DNA from: Candidatus Methylomirabilota bacterium
GTDB lineage: Bacteria > Methylomirabilota > Methylomirabilia > Rokubacteriales > CSP1-6
Reading direction: 5' to 3'
DNA length: 64,000 nucleotides
Assembly (NCBI GenBank): GCA_036556545.1
Contig: DATBJF010000019.1
Coordinates: forward strand, 28,007 to 92,006
The translations under genes and the position numbers were made by a program. The notes beneath the pieces were generated by a model that saw only the letters and a list, made by a program, of their open reading frames with translations, did no database searches and was not told the origin of the DNA. Of the stretch, positions 44,868 through 54,615 are shown one piece after another; position 1 is the first letter of the stretch; each line of letters starts with the position of its first letter.

Positions 44868-46079
44868 CTACTTCTTGCTGGCGTCGTAGAGCTCGCCGAA
44901 CAGCACCCAGCGCTCGCCGTCGAACTTGGCGAGCTGCTCCTGCTCGATGGGCGCGTGGTCGGTCGGGCTCGTGTTGATCTTGATGCCGGGAAGCAGGAGC
45001 GGCAGCTCGAAGTTCTTGAGGCTGGCCGCCTGCCGCATGATGTTCTCTCGACTGAGATCGTTGCCACACTGCTTGAGGACGTGGACGAGCGTCTGTGCGA
45101 CCGAATAGCCGTAGGCATTGAACTGGTCGTCGATCGCGCCATCCGGATAGTACTTCTTCATCCACGCCACCCAGTCCTGGAAGCCCTTGTCCTTCTGCCA
45201 CTGCGGGTCGGTGATCTCCTTCATGTAGAGCGCCGTGATCAGTCCCTTGGAGGCGTCGAGACCGGCCGGCTTCAGCACGGTGGCGAGCGAGGACGACACG
45301 TTGTTCAGGAAGTGCGTCGGCTTCCAGCCGATGTCGTGCGCCTTCTTGATGGCCTGCACGGCGAACTTCGGGATGGTGACGTTGAAGAAGACGTTGGCGC
45401 CGCTATTTTTCAGATTCACGATCTGGGAGTCGATGGTCGGGTCGGTCACCTCGTAGGTCTGCTCCATCACGATGAGCTTCTTGGCGGCGTCGCCGAGGCC
45501 GTCGTGGAGGCCTTTGCGATAGTCCTTCCCGTAGTCGTCGTTCTGATAGAGGATGCCGATCTTCGCGTCCGGGAAGTTCTTGAGGATGTACTGCGCGTAG
45601 ATCCGGCCCTCCGTCTGGTAGTTCGGCTGGAACCCCATGGTCCACGGGAAGTTCTTCGAATCGTTCCACTTCGTGGCGCCGGTGGCCACGAACAGGTGCG
45701 GCACCTTCTGCTGGTTCACGTACTTGTGGATGGCCGTGTTGGTCGGTGTGCCCAGCGTCTGGAACAGCAGCGCGACCTGGTCTTGCTCGACGAGCTTGCG
45801 GACCATCTCGACGGCCTTGGGCGGGCTGTAGGAGTCGTCATAGCTGATGTACTCGATCTTGCGTCCGTTGACACCGCCCTCGTCGTTGACCTTCTTGATG
45901 TACGCGCCGATCGCCTTGCCGATCGTCCCGTACGCCGACGCCGGGCCGCTGTACGGGTTGGTGTTGCCGATCTTGATCTCGGTCTTCGTGACGCCGGGCG
46001 GGTCCGCCGCCAGCGCCGGCACGCCGGGGGCCAGCGCCAGCGCCACGACGAGTGTTCCGAGCATCGTCCTCCTCAGCAT
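44868..46079 (-). CDS. Branched-chain amino-acid-type ABC substrate-binding protein
   Basis: Signal peptide; PYSGPAS, GGVNGRKI, DDSYSP, LGTP. Confidence 0.9.
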   Translation of the reverse strand: MLRRTMLGTLVVALALAPGVPALAADPPGVTKTEIKIGNTNPYSGPASAYGTIGKAIGAYIKKVNDEGGVNGRKIEYISYDDSYSPPKAVEMVRKLVEQDQVALLFQTLGTPTNTAIHKYVNQQKVPHLFVATGATKWNDSKNFPWTMGFQPNYQTEGRIYAQYILKNFPDAKIGILYQNDDYGKDYRKGLHDGLGDAAKKLIVMEQTYEVTDPTIDSQIVNLKNSGANVFFNVTIPKFAVQAIKKAHDIGWKPTHFLNNVSSSLATVLKPAGLDASKGLITALYMKEITDPQWQKDKGFQDWVAWMKKYYPDGAIDDQFNAYGYSVAQTLVHVLKQCGNDLSRENIMRQAASLKNFELPLLLPGIKINTSPTDHAPIEQEQLAKFDGERWVLFGELYDASKK

Positions 46080-46147
46080 GGTGTCCTCCTGTGTGGTCGG
46101 CGGCCAGCAGGCCGGCCGGGTGGGAATCATCTTACTCCGGGCAACAA

Positions 46148-47110
46148 TCATGCGTTCCGTGCGGTTCCGCGCCGGGCGGCTCGCGCGAACGCCAGCCACA
46201 GCGCGCCGGCGATGCCGCGCGGCATGACATACATGAACACGATGAGGAAGACGCCGTAGATCGCCCACGGCGCCGCTTTGGAGATGTCCTGCGCCCAGTT
46301 GGGCACGAACTGGATGAACAGCGCGCCGAAGATCGCGCCCGAGATCGACGCCAGCCCGCCGATGACGATCCCCACGAGGAACGTGATCGAGCGGAACACA
46401 TCGAAGCTGTCGGGAGCGACGAAGGCGATGGCGAGCGCGCTCAGCGCGCCCGCCACGCCGGTATAGGCGGCGCTGACGCCGAAGGTGAGCGACTTGTAGA
46501 GCGCTGTGTTCACGCCCATGGCCTGGGCGGCGATCGGATTGTCCCGGATGGCCACGATCGCGCGGCCGGTGCGACCGGCCAGCAGGTTGTGGGCGACGAC
46601 GAACAGCACGATCAGGATGGCGAGGGTGAAGAGATAGAGCCACTGATCCGCGGAGATCTTGAGCCCCCACGGCGGATTCGGCTTGGACAGCACGATGCCC
46701 TGCGAGCCGCCCGTCCAGTGCTCGAAGTATTTCAAGATCTGCGGCACCGCCAGCGCGAGCGCGAACGTCGCCAGCGCGAGGTAGAGGCCCTCCAGGCGGA
46801 GCGCCGGGATCCCGAACAGGAAACCGGCAACGAGGCACAGCACGCCGGCGGCGACGATGGTGAGCGGGTACGGCACCGACCAGCGGTCGATCATGATGGC
46901 CGTCGTGTAGGCGCCGACCGCGTAGAAAGCGCCGTGACCCAGCGAGATCTGGCCGTTGTAGCCGGTCAGCATGTTCAGGCCCAGCAGCGCGATCGCATAG
47001 ATGCCGACCTGCGTGAACTGAAAGAGCCGGAAGTTCGAGACGAGCAGCGGCAGGGCCAGCGCCACCACCAGGCCGACGACGACACCGACGAGCGAGACCC
47101 GGCGCATCAT
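46148..47110 (-). CDS. livM: LivM-type ABC permease
   Basis: GLNMLTGYNGQISLGHGAFYAVGAY, RLEGLYLALAT. Confidence 0.88.
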   Translation of the reverse strand: MMRRVSLVGVVVGLVVALALPLLVSNFRLFQFTQVGIYAIALLGLNMLTGYNGQISLGHGAFYAVGAYTTAIMIDRWSVPYPLTIVAAGVLCLVAGFLFGIPALRLEGLYLALATFALALAVPQILKYFEHWTGGSQGIVLSKPNPPWGLKISADQWLYLFTLAILIVLFVVAHNLLAGRTGRAIVAIRDNPIAAQAMGVNTALYKSLTFGVSAAYTGVAGALSALAIAFVAPDSFDVFRSITFLVGIVIGGLASISGAIFGALFIQFVPNWAQDISKAAPWAIYGVFLIVFMYVMPRGIAGALWLAFARAARRGTARNA

Positions 47111-47988
47111 ACGCGTCGGACGGCGGCGCGGCCGAAGAGCCCACTCGGCTTGAACACCAGCACGACCAGGATCAGCGCCAGCGCCACCGTGAGCTTGAGC
47201 TCCGTCCCGATGAAGCTCACGTACGTGCCGACGATGTTCTCGATGACGCCCACGATGAGGCCCCCGACGACGGCCCCCCCGGGGCTCGTGAAGCCGCCCA
47301 GCGTGGCCGAGGCGAACGCGTAAATGAGAATCCCTGCCATCATGTTCGGGTCCAGGAACACGATCGGCGCGACCATCATCCCGGCCACGGCGCCGACGAG
47401 GGCGGCCAGACCCCAGCCGACGGCGAGCATCCAGCCGACGCGGATGCCGCAGAGCCGGCTCGACGCCGGATTCTGCGCGGCCGCGCGCATGGCCAGGCCG
47501 AGCGTGGTGAAGCGAAAGAAGGCGTAGAGCAAGGCGAGGACGATCAGCGTCACCGCGATGGCGCCGACGTCGTGCGCCCCGAAGACCACGTTGCCGATCT
47601 TGATCGGCCGCCCCGGAAACGGGCTCGGGAACGGCTTCTGGATGTAGGAATAGATCCACCCCGCCACGCTGTTGAAAATGACCAGCAGCCCGATGCAGAC
47701 GATGACGATGGTCAGGATCGGCGCCCGCTCGACGGGCCGGATGACGATCCGCTCGATCAGCACGCCGCCGACGAAGGACAGCACCAGCGTGCCGAAGAAT
47801 GCCACCCAGTACGGCAGCCCCGCGTTGAGCATCGTCCACGCGAGATAGGTGCTGAACATCGCCATCTCGCCCTGGGCGTAGTTCACGACGTCGGTGGCCT
47901 GATAGATCATCACGAGGGCGAGGGCGACGCTGCCGTAGATGCCGCCGGTGGCGAGCCCCGACACGATCTGCTGGATCAGGATATCCAT
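47107..47988 (-). CDS. livH: LivH-type ABC permease
   Basis: GLATGGIY, VVNYAQGE, GLAMRAAAQN. Confidence 0.88.
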   Translation of the reverse strand: MDILIQQIVSGLATGGIYGSVALALVMIYQATDVVNYAQGEMAMFSTYLAWTMLNAGLPYWVAFFGTLVLSFVGGVLIERIVIRPVERAPILTIVIVCIGLLVIFNSVAGWIYSYIQKPFPSPFPGRPIKIGNVVFGAHDVGAIAVTLIVLALLYAFFRFTTLGLAMRAAAQNPASSRLCGIRVGWMLAVGWGLAALVGAVAGMMVAPIVFLDPNMMAGILIYAFASATLGGFTSPGGAVVGGLIVGVIENIVGTYVSFIGTELKLTVALALILVVLVFKPSGLFGRAAVRRV

Positions 47989-47991
47989 GGC

Positions 47992-48702
47992 TCAGTAGCC
48001 GAGATACGCGCGCCGGATGGCGTCGTTCTGCTTCAGCTCGGCCGCCGGTCCCGACTGCACCATGCGGCCCGTCTCCATCAAATAGGCGTGGTCGGCGAGC
48101 GCCAGCGCCATCGAGGCGTTCTGCTCGACGAGCAGCACGCTGACGCCCCGCTCACGGTTGATGGTGCGCACGATGCGGAAGATCTCGCGCACGACGAGCG
48201 GCGCCAGCCCGAGCGACGGCTCGTCCAGCAGCAGGAGCCGCGGGCGCAGCATGAGGGCACGCGCCACCGCCAGCATCTGCTGCTCGCCACCCGACAGGGT
48301 GCCCGCGAGCTGGCGCTTGCGCGAGGCGAGCACGGGGAAGTAGCCGTAGACGCTCTCGAAGTCGTCCGCGATGCCGTTGCGGCTGGCGCGTCCGTAGGCG
48401 CCGAGTCGCAGGTTCTCCTCGACGGTGAGGTTCACGAACGTGCCGCGGCCCTCGGGCACGTGCGCGATGCCCAGCCGGACCAGGTCTTCCGTCGCGCGAC
48501 CGGCGATGCTGCGGCCGTCGAAGGCGATCTCGCCGGATGTCTTCACCATGCCGCACACCGCCCGCAGCGTGGTCGTCTTGCCGGCGCCGTTGGCGCCGAG
48601 GATGGTCGTGATCCCGCCCGCCTCGACGGCGAAGTCGAGGCCGTGGAGCACGCGCGTCCAGCCGTACTGCGCGGTCAAGCCTCGGGCGGCGAGCAGCGCC
48701 AT
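47992..48702 (-). CDS. livF: LivF-type ABC ATPase
   Basis: GANGAGKT, LSGGEQQM, LDEPSLGLAP. Confidence 0.9.
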   Translation of the reverse strand: MALLAARGLTAQYGWTRVLHGLDFAVEAGGITTILGANGAGKTTTLRAVCGMVKTSGEIAFDGRSIAGRATEDLVRLGIAHVPEGRGTFVNLTVEENLRLGAYGRASRNGIADDFESVYGYFPVLASRKRQLAGTLSGGEQQMLAVARALMLRPRLLLLDEPSLGLAPLVVREIFRIVRTINRERGVSVLLVEQNASMALALADHAYLMETGRMVQSGPAAELKQNDAIRRAYLGY

Positions 48703-49496
48703 CAGCGCCGAGCCTCGGCCGGCTCGTCGGCGCCGAGATAGGCGCGGATCACCTCGGGGTCGCGCTGAATCTGGGCCGGCGTGCCCTCGGCGATCTTGCG
48801 GCCGAAGTCGAGGACCACGACCTTGTCCGAGACCTGCATGACGAGGCCCATGTGATGCTCGACGAGCAGGATCGTCACTCCGCGGCGATCGCGGATCGTC
48901 CGCAGCAGCGCCGCCAGCGAGCCGACCTCCTCGTGATTGAGGCCCCCCGCCGGCTCGTCCACGAGCAGCAGCACGGGCGTGCCTGCCAGCGCGCGGGCCA
49001 GCTCGACTCGCTTCAGGGTGCCGAAGGGCAGCCCGGCCGCCGGATGATCGGCCACCGCGTCGAGCTCGAGGAATCGCAACAGCTCGGTGGCCCGGGCGCG
49101 GATGTCGGCTTCCTCGCGCGCCACCCACGGCAGCCGCACCGCATTGCTCAGGAAGTCGCTGCGCGTCCGCCCGTGCACGCCGATCATCACGTTCTGCAGC
49201 ACGGTGAGCGTGGGGAACAGCGCCAAATTCTGGAACGTGCGGCCGACACCGAGCTCGTTGATCCGGTGCGCGGGCAGGCCGAGCAGCGAGCGGCCGCGAA
49301 AGCGGATCTGGCCCTGCTGCGGCGTGTAGAGGCGGCTCAGGCAGTTGAAGAGCGTCGTCTTGCCGGCGCCGTTGGGTCCGATGAGCCCGACGATCTGGCC
49401 TTCGCCGACGTCGAACGACACCCCGTCGAGCGCGACGATGCCGCCGAAGCGTACGGTGACGTCGCGCACGGCCAGGATGGGCTCGGCTCCGCTCAC
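48702..49496 (-). CDS. livG: LivG-type ABC ATPase
   Basis: FGGIVAL, GPNGAGKT, DEPAGGL, VIRAYLG. Confidence 0.9.
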   Translation of the reverse strand: MSGAEPILAVRDVTVRFGGIVALDGVSFDVGEGQIVGLIGPNGAGKTTLFNCLSRLYTPQQGQIRFRGRSLLGLPAHRINELGVGRTFQNLALFPTLTVLQNVMIGVHGRTRSDFLSNAVRLPWVAREEADIRARATELLRFLELDAVADHPAAGLPFGTLKRVELARALAGTPVLLLVDEPAGGLNHEEVGSLAALLRTIRDRRGVTILLVEHHMGLVMQVSDKVVVLDFGRKIAEGTPAQIQRDPEVIRAYLGADEPAEARR

Positions 49497-49544
49497 GGGT
49501 ATCCGCTTATACGGACTCCTTTCGATGTTGTCAAACGTCCGGCG

Positions 49545-50171
49545 TCAGCGCGCCCGGCGACGCTCGTGGGAAGAGAGGCCGCGCTCCCACAGGTATTCCG
49601 GCTCGCCCATGTGCTTGCCGACCCAGCGGCCCAGCACGAAGAACAGGTCGCTGAGCCGGTTGACGTAGCGCAGCGGCCACTCGCCGATGGGCTCGGCCCG
49701 CGCGAGCGCGAGCACTTCTCGCTCGGCCCGGCGGCAGACGGTCCGTGCCTGATGAAGGAACCCCTGGATGCGGCCGCCCCCGGGGAGGACGAACGACGGG
49801 AGCGGCTCGAGGTCTTGCTGGCAGTGATCCATCAACCGCTCCAGCTCCGTGACCTCCGTCTCGCTCACGCGGAACATGCCCTCGTAGGCCGCCGCCGGCG
49901 GCGTGGCCAGCTCGCTGCCGAGGTCGAAAATCTGGTTCTGGACCTTCTTCAAGACGCCGTCCAGCCACTCGTGGCGGGCGCGCGCCGGTCCCGGCTCGCG
50001 CAGCCGCTCGGCGTTGAAGACGCGCGCGAGACCGACGGCGGCGTTGAGCTCGTCGAGCGTGCCGTAGGCCACGATCCGCGGCGAATCCTTCGGCACCCGG
50101 GCGCCGCCCACCAGCGCCGTCTCGCCGCCGTCCCCGGTACGCGTGTAGACGCGCGTGATGCTGATCGTCAT
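49545..50171 (-). CDS. pduO: PduO-type ATP:cob(I)alamin adenosyltransferase
   Basis: VYTRTGDGGET, YGTLDELN, RTVCRRAER, YVNRLSD. Confidence 0.9.
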   Translation of the reverse strand: MTISITRVYTRTGDGGETALVGGARVPKDSPRIVAYGTLDELNAAVGLARVFNAERLREPGPARARHEWLDGVLKKVQNQIFDLGSELATPPAAAYEGMFRVSETEVTELERLMDHCQQDLEPLPSFVLPGGGRIQGFLHQARTVCRRAEREVLALARAEPIGEWPLRYVNRLSDLFFVLGRWVGKHMGEPEYLWERGLSSHERRRAR

Positions 50172-50241
50172 TGCTGCCTCCTGGTGCGATTCGCGGCCCA
50201 TTCTACTTGAACGTCACCGCGCCCCCGGCGATGATCGGGCC

Positions 50242-51438
50242 ATGCGCGCCGCGCGTCCCCGCTCGGTGCTGGCCACGGCCGGCGCCATGCACTTCGTGCA
50301 CGACGGCTTCTCCGAGATCCTCTACGTGCTGCTGCCGGTGTGGGCGGCGGAGTTCCGGCTCTCGCTCTGGCAGGTCGGCTTCATCCGGACCGCGTACACG
50401 GGTGGCATGGCCGCGTTCCAGATCCCGGCCGGGCTGCTCGCCGAGCGCTTCGGCGAGCGGCGCCTGCTCATGCTCGGCACGCTGGTCACGGCGTGCGCCT
50501 TCATCGCCGTCGCCACCGTGGCGGGCAGCTTTCTCCCTCTCCTGCTGCTGCTGACGCTGGCCGGGCTCGGCTCCGGCGTTCAGCACCCGCTGTCGTCGTC
50601 GGTCGTGGCCAAGGCGTACGAAGACGGGCCGCGCCGCGCCGCGCTCGGCACCTACAACTTCGCCGGGGACATCGGGAAGGTGGCGAGCGCCGCGCTCATC
50701 GGGCTGGTCGCCGCGCTCGCGGGCTGGCGGGTGGCCGCCAGCGGCTACGGCGCCGTCGGCATCGCCGCCGCCATCGTGCTCGTGATCGTCCTCGCGAGCC
50801 TCGACGCGGGGAGCGCTCCCCGGCGTGCAGGCGCGGCCGCCGGAGCGGGCGCCGCGTCCACGGGCTGGGGCATCCGCGACGCGCGCGGCTTTCAGGCGCT
50901 CTCGGCGATCGGCATGATCGACAACTCCACCCGCTCGGGGCTGCTCACCTTCCTGCCGTTCGTGCTCATCGCCAAGGGACTGACGGTGGCCGGAGTGGGC
51001 GGCGCGCTCGCCCTCGTCTTCGTGGGCGGCGCCATGGGCAAGTTCGTCTGCGGCCTCATCGCCGAGCGCGTCGGCATCATTCGTACGGTCGTGCTGACCG
51101 AGGCGGCCACGTCGGTGGCCATCGTGGCGATCCTGGCGGCGCCGCTGCCGGTGGCGATGCCGCTGCTGGTGCCGCTCGGCATCGCGCTGAACGGCACCTC
51201 GTCCGTGCTCTACGCGACGGTGGCCGATCTGGTCACCGCCGAGCGCCGCTCGCGCGCGTACGGCCTCTACTACACGCTCACCATCGCGGCGTCCGCAGTG
51301 GGGCCGACGCTCTACGGCCTCGTCGGCGACGCGGTCGGCGCCGCCGCCACCCTGAGCCTCATCGCGCTCGTGGTCCTCACGACGATTCCGCTCTGCCTGC
51401 TGCTGCGCACGGCGGTGGCCGCGCCCGCGCGCGGCTGA
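50242..51438 (+). CDS. MFS transporter
   Basis: About 12 hydrophobic segments; LAERFGERR loop motif. Confidence 0.85.
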   Translation: MRAARPRSVLATAGAMHFVHDGFSEILYVLLPVWAAEFRLSLWQVGFIRTAYTGGMAAFQIPAGLLAERFGERRLLMLGTLVTACAFIAVATVAGSFLPLLLLLTLAGLGSGVQHPLSSSVVAKAYEDGPRRAALGTYNFAGDIGKVASAALIGLVAALAGWRVAASGYGAVGIAAAIVLVIVLASLDAGSAPRRAGAAAGAGAASTGWGIRDARGFQALSAIGMIDNSTRSGLLTFLPFVLIAKGLTVAGVGGALALVFVGGAMGKFVCGLIAERVGIIRTVVLTEAATSVAIVAILAAPLPVAMPLLVPLGIALNGTSSVLYATVADLVTAERRSRAYGLYYTLTIAASAVGPTLYGLVGDAVGAAATLSLIALVVLTTIPLCLLLRTAVAAPARG

Positions 51439-51493
51439 ACCGTCCTAGCCGAGCACCACGAGGCCCACCGCCTGCGTCCGCGGCGACGCTCGG

Positions 51494-51509
51494 TGGCACA
51501 TCCGATGCA
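51494..51509 (+). promoter_or_regulatory. Sigma-54-type promoter
   Basis: TGGCACATCCGATGCA. Confidence 0.7.
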
Positions 51510-51544
51510 CCGGCAATGCGCGGACACGTTTGCAGGAGGACTCC

Positions 51545-52006
51545 ATGGCAACCACTCCGGCTCGAGTCGGCAAGCACCCCATACATCCCATGCTCGTGGT
51601 CCTGCCCCTCGGGCTCTGGATCGCGGCGCTCGCGTTCGACATCGTGCACGCCCTCGGCGGCGGTCCCGTCTGGCGAACGCTCGCCTTCTGGAACATCGCG
51701 GCCGGCATCATCGGCGCCCTGCTGGCCGCCGTGCCGGGCTTCGTGGACTATCTCGACCTCCAGGGCCGCGCGCGCCGCATCGCGACGTTCCACATGGTGC
51801 TCAACCTCGGCGCCGTCGCGATCTTCGCGCTGAACTGGTACGTGCGAACACAGGTGTCGCCGGACTCGTGGTGGCCGCTGGCGCTGTCGGTCATCGGCGT
51901 GATCGGCATCCTCGTCTCGGGCTGGCTCGGCGGCGAGCTCGTCTACGCCGAGCGCGTCGGCGTCGAGGAGCCGCCGCGCAACGAGCGGTATCGCCGCGTC
52001 GCCTGA
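51545..52006 (+). CDS. DUF2231-type membrane protein
   Basis: HPIHPMLV, PGFVD, HMVLN, GWLGGELVY; AGGAGG SD. Confidence 0.85.
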   Translation: MATTPARVGKHPIHPMLVVLPLGLWIAALAFDIVHALGGGPVWRTLAFWNIAAGIIGALLAAVPGFVDYLDLQGRARRIATFHMVLNLGAVAIFALNWYVRTQVSPDSWWPLALSVIGVIGILVSGWLGGELVYAERVGVEEPPRNERYRRVA

Positions 52007-53125
52007 TCAGGTGAGATAGAAGGGGCGCGCGCCCTCGCGCGAATACGGGTAGCGCGCGATCACGTCCGGATCCGGATCGGCGCCGAGGCCCGGCCGGTCG
52101 TCGACGGTCACGCGGCCCGCCACGCAGCGGATCGGCGCCGTCGAGAGCGACGGCGCCAGCTCGCCGGCGCCGTACTCGATGTAGGGGACGCCGGGCGTCG
52201 ACGCGATGACATGCAGGGTCGCCGCCAGGCCGGGACCGAAGTAGTACGAGTGCGGCACGAGGGTGACGTTGGCGGCCGCCGCCAGCGTGGCGATCTTCTT
52301 CAGCTCCAGCAGCCCGCCCACCTTCGTCACGCTCGGCTGGATCACGTCCGCCGCGCCTGCGCGGATCAGCTCGCGGAACCCGAACACCGTGGCCTCGTTC
52401 TCGCCGCAGGCGATCGGCGTGGCGGTGGCCTGGCGCACGCGGGCGAGGCCGGCATAGTCCTCCGGAGGCCACACGGGCTCTTCCAGCCAGCGCAGCGCGT
52501 ACGGTTCGAGCTTCCGCGCCATGCGCGTCGCCTCCTCCACCGTCCACGGACAGTTGGTGTCGAGCATCAGCTCCACGCCGTCGCCGACGGCCTCGCGCGC
52601 GGCCGCCACCGACGCGACGTCCGTCTGGTGGAGCTTGATCGCCGTGAACCCGTCCTTGGCCATGGCGGCGGCGGCACGGGCCACGTCGGCGGCCGACTCG
52701 TATCGCGGCAGGCTCGCGTAAGCGCGGACGCTGCGCTGCACGAGCCCGCCGAGCAGGGCGTACACCGGCACCCCGCGCGCCTTGCCCGCGATGTCCCACA
52801 GCGCGAGCTCCACACCGCTCACCGCCATCATGGCGAGCCCGCGCCGGCCCCAGATCATCAGCGCGCGGTGCATGCGGTCCACCAGCGCCTCGATCTCCGC
52901 CGGATCGGCGCCGACGACGATCGGCGCCAGGCCGTCCTCGATGACGTTGCAGACGGCCAGCGGCACGCCGTAGGCGAACGCCTCGCCCCAGCCCGTGAGG
53001 CCGCCGTCGGTCCGGACCTCGACCAGGATCTGCTTGGAGGCACGGGCCGACCAGGTGGAGGCCACCGGCGCGGCTTCGCGGATGGGCACGGCGAGCGGAA
53101 TGGCACGCACCGAAGTGATCTTCAT
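52007..53125 (-). CDS. Mandelate racemase/muconate lactonizing enzyme family
   Basis: GLTGWGE, ALWDIAGK, MLDTN, WLEEP, CGEN, PH. Confidence 0.88.
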   Translation of the reverse strand: MKITSVRAIPLAVPIREAAPVASTWSARASKQILVEVRTDGGLTGWGEAFAYGVPLAVCNVIEDGLAPIVVGADPAEIEALVDRMHRALMIWGRRGLAMMAVSGVELALWDIAGKARGVPVYALLGGLVQRSVRAYASLPRYESAADVARAAAAMAKDGFTAIKLHQTDVASVAAAREAVGDGVELMLDTNCPWTVEEATRMARKLEPYALRWLEEPVWPPEDYAGLARVRQATATPIACGENEATVFGFRELIRAGAADVIQPSVTKVGGLLELKKIATLAAAANVTLVPHSYYFGPGLAATLHVIASTPGVPYIEYGAGELAPSLSTAPIRCVAGRVTVDDRPGLGADPDPDVIARYPYSREGARPFYLT

Positions 53126-54615
53126 TGTCCGTCTCCAAACCCGTACTCGGTCCAGCGTGAACGGACAAGAGCCTCGTCCTCCGGCGCGGGTCGGACCGTG
53201 GGCGGAAATCGCTCGCCACTCCATTCGGCGCGCTTCTCGAACTTCCAGTTGCGGGTGGCGTCGAACAGCACGCGATTCCACAGCCCGGTGCCGAGCTGCG
53301 CGACGTTGCGATCCTCCAGCGGTGTCGAGGGATCGATCGGCGATCCGAAGCTCCCCGGAAAGACGACGAGCCCGCCCTCGCCCGCGTTCATCCGGTGCGC
53401 CATCGCCCAGTCGATCTGCTCGTACGACGCGACGTCGATGTCGTCCTCGACGACCCAGACGTGCTTGTAGCGATATTGCGCCGCGCTGTTGCCCCACAGG
53501 GCGGCCGCGATCTGCTTCGGCTGTCCCTGATAATGCTTGGTGATCTTCACGCAGACGTTCACGCCGTTGGTGATGGGATGGACGTAGACGTCGCGGATCC
53601 CCGGAATACCGGCGCCGGTGAGGATGTTCCAGGCGATGGCCGCCCGCTGCACCGACGACATCACGCTGTTCTCGCTGTACGAGCCGGGCAGCGTGCCCTC
53701 CAGACAGCCGCGGAAGATCGGCTGCCGCCGGTGCGTGATGCACGTGACCTTCATCGTCGGCCGCGGCGTCGGCACGTCGGAGACGTAGCCGGTGAACTCG
53801 CCGAACGGTCCCTCCTGCTCGTACGTCGCCGGATCGTCGCTGATGAAGCCTTCCAGCACGATCTCGGCGCTGGCCGGCACTTCCAGATCGACCGTCTCGC
53901 ACTTGACCAGCTCCGCCGGCTCGCCGCGATAGGCGCCCATCACGTCCCATTCGCACACGCCGACGGGGATCGGCGATCCCGCCAGGAACGGCATGATCGG
54001 GTCCCAGCCGATCACGCAGGCCACCGGCATGGGCTGGCCCTTGCCCGCGTACTTCACGAAGTGCTGGCCCCAGTGCTGGCCGCCCTTGATGAGCAGGAAC
54101 GGCGCGGTGTTCTTGCGGCCGATCATGCCGCGGTAGATGCCCACGTTCATCACGCGGGTGTCGGGATCGCGGGTGACGATGCCGGAAAACGTGTGGATGT
54201 ACCGCCCGCCGTCGCGGAATCCCCACCGCGGCACCGGCAGCTCCGTCTGGTCCACCTGGTCGCCCCGCACGATCACCTCTTTCACGGGACCGCTCTGCAC
54301 GATGCGCGGCGCGATCGTCTCCCGGTTCTTCTTCATGACGTACTGCACGAGCTCGGCGTTCGACACGTCCTTCGGGAGCCCCAGCGCGAGCGCCAGCCGT
54401 CTGCGCTCGCCGAGGCCGCCGGTGAAGACCTGGGTGCACCGTCCGTCGCGGTAGCCCTTGATGCGCTCGAACAGCAGGGCCGGCCCTTTCTTCTCCAGCA
54501 CGCGCCGCGCGATGGCGCCGATCTCGCGGTCCCAGTCCACCTCGGCGCGGACGCGGTGGAGCTCGCTCTCTTTCTCCAGGAGCCCGATCCACTGGCGCAG
54601 GTCCATGAAGCCCAT
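53122..54615 (-). CDS. UbiD-family prFMN-dependent decarboxylase
   Basis: GPALLFE, NVGIYR, VPASAEIVLEG, EGPFGE, VVEDDID. Confidence 0.9.
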   Translation of the reverse strand: MGFMDLRQWIGLLEKESELHRVRAEVDWDREIGAIARRVLEKKGPALLFERIKGYRDGRCTQVFTGGLGERRRLALALGLPKDVSNAELVQYVMKKNRETIAPRIVQSGPVKEVIVRGDQVDQTELPVPRWGFRDGGRYIHTFSGIVTRDPDTRVMNVGIYRGMIGRKNTAPFLLIKGGQHWGQHFVKYAGKGQPMPVACVIGWDPIMPFLAGSPIPVGVCEWDVMGAYRGEPAELVKCETVDLEVPASAEIVLEGFISDDPATYEQEGPFGEFTGYVSDVPTPRPTMKVTCITHRRQPIFRGCLEGTLPGSYSENSVMSSVQRAAIAWNILTGAGIPGIRDVYVHPITNGVNVCVKITKHYQGQPKQIAAALWGNSAAQYRYKHVWVVEDDIDVASYEQIDWAMAHRMNAGEGGLVVFPGSFGSPIDPSTPLEDRNVAQLGTGLWNRVLFDATRNWKFEKRAEWSGERFPPTVRPAPEDEALVRSRWTEYGFGDGQ

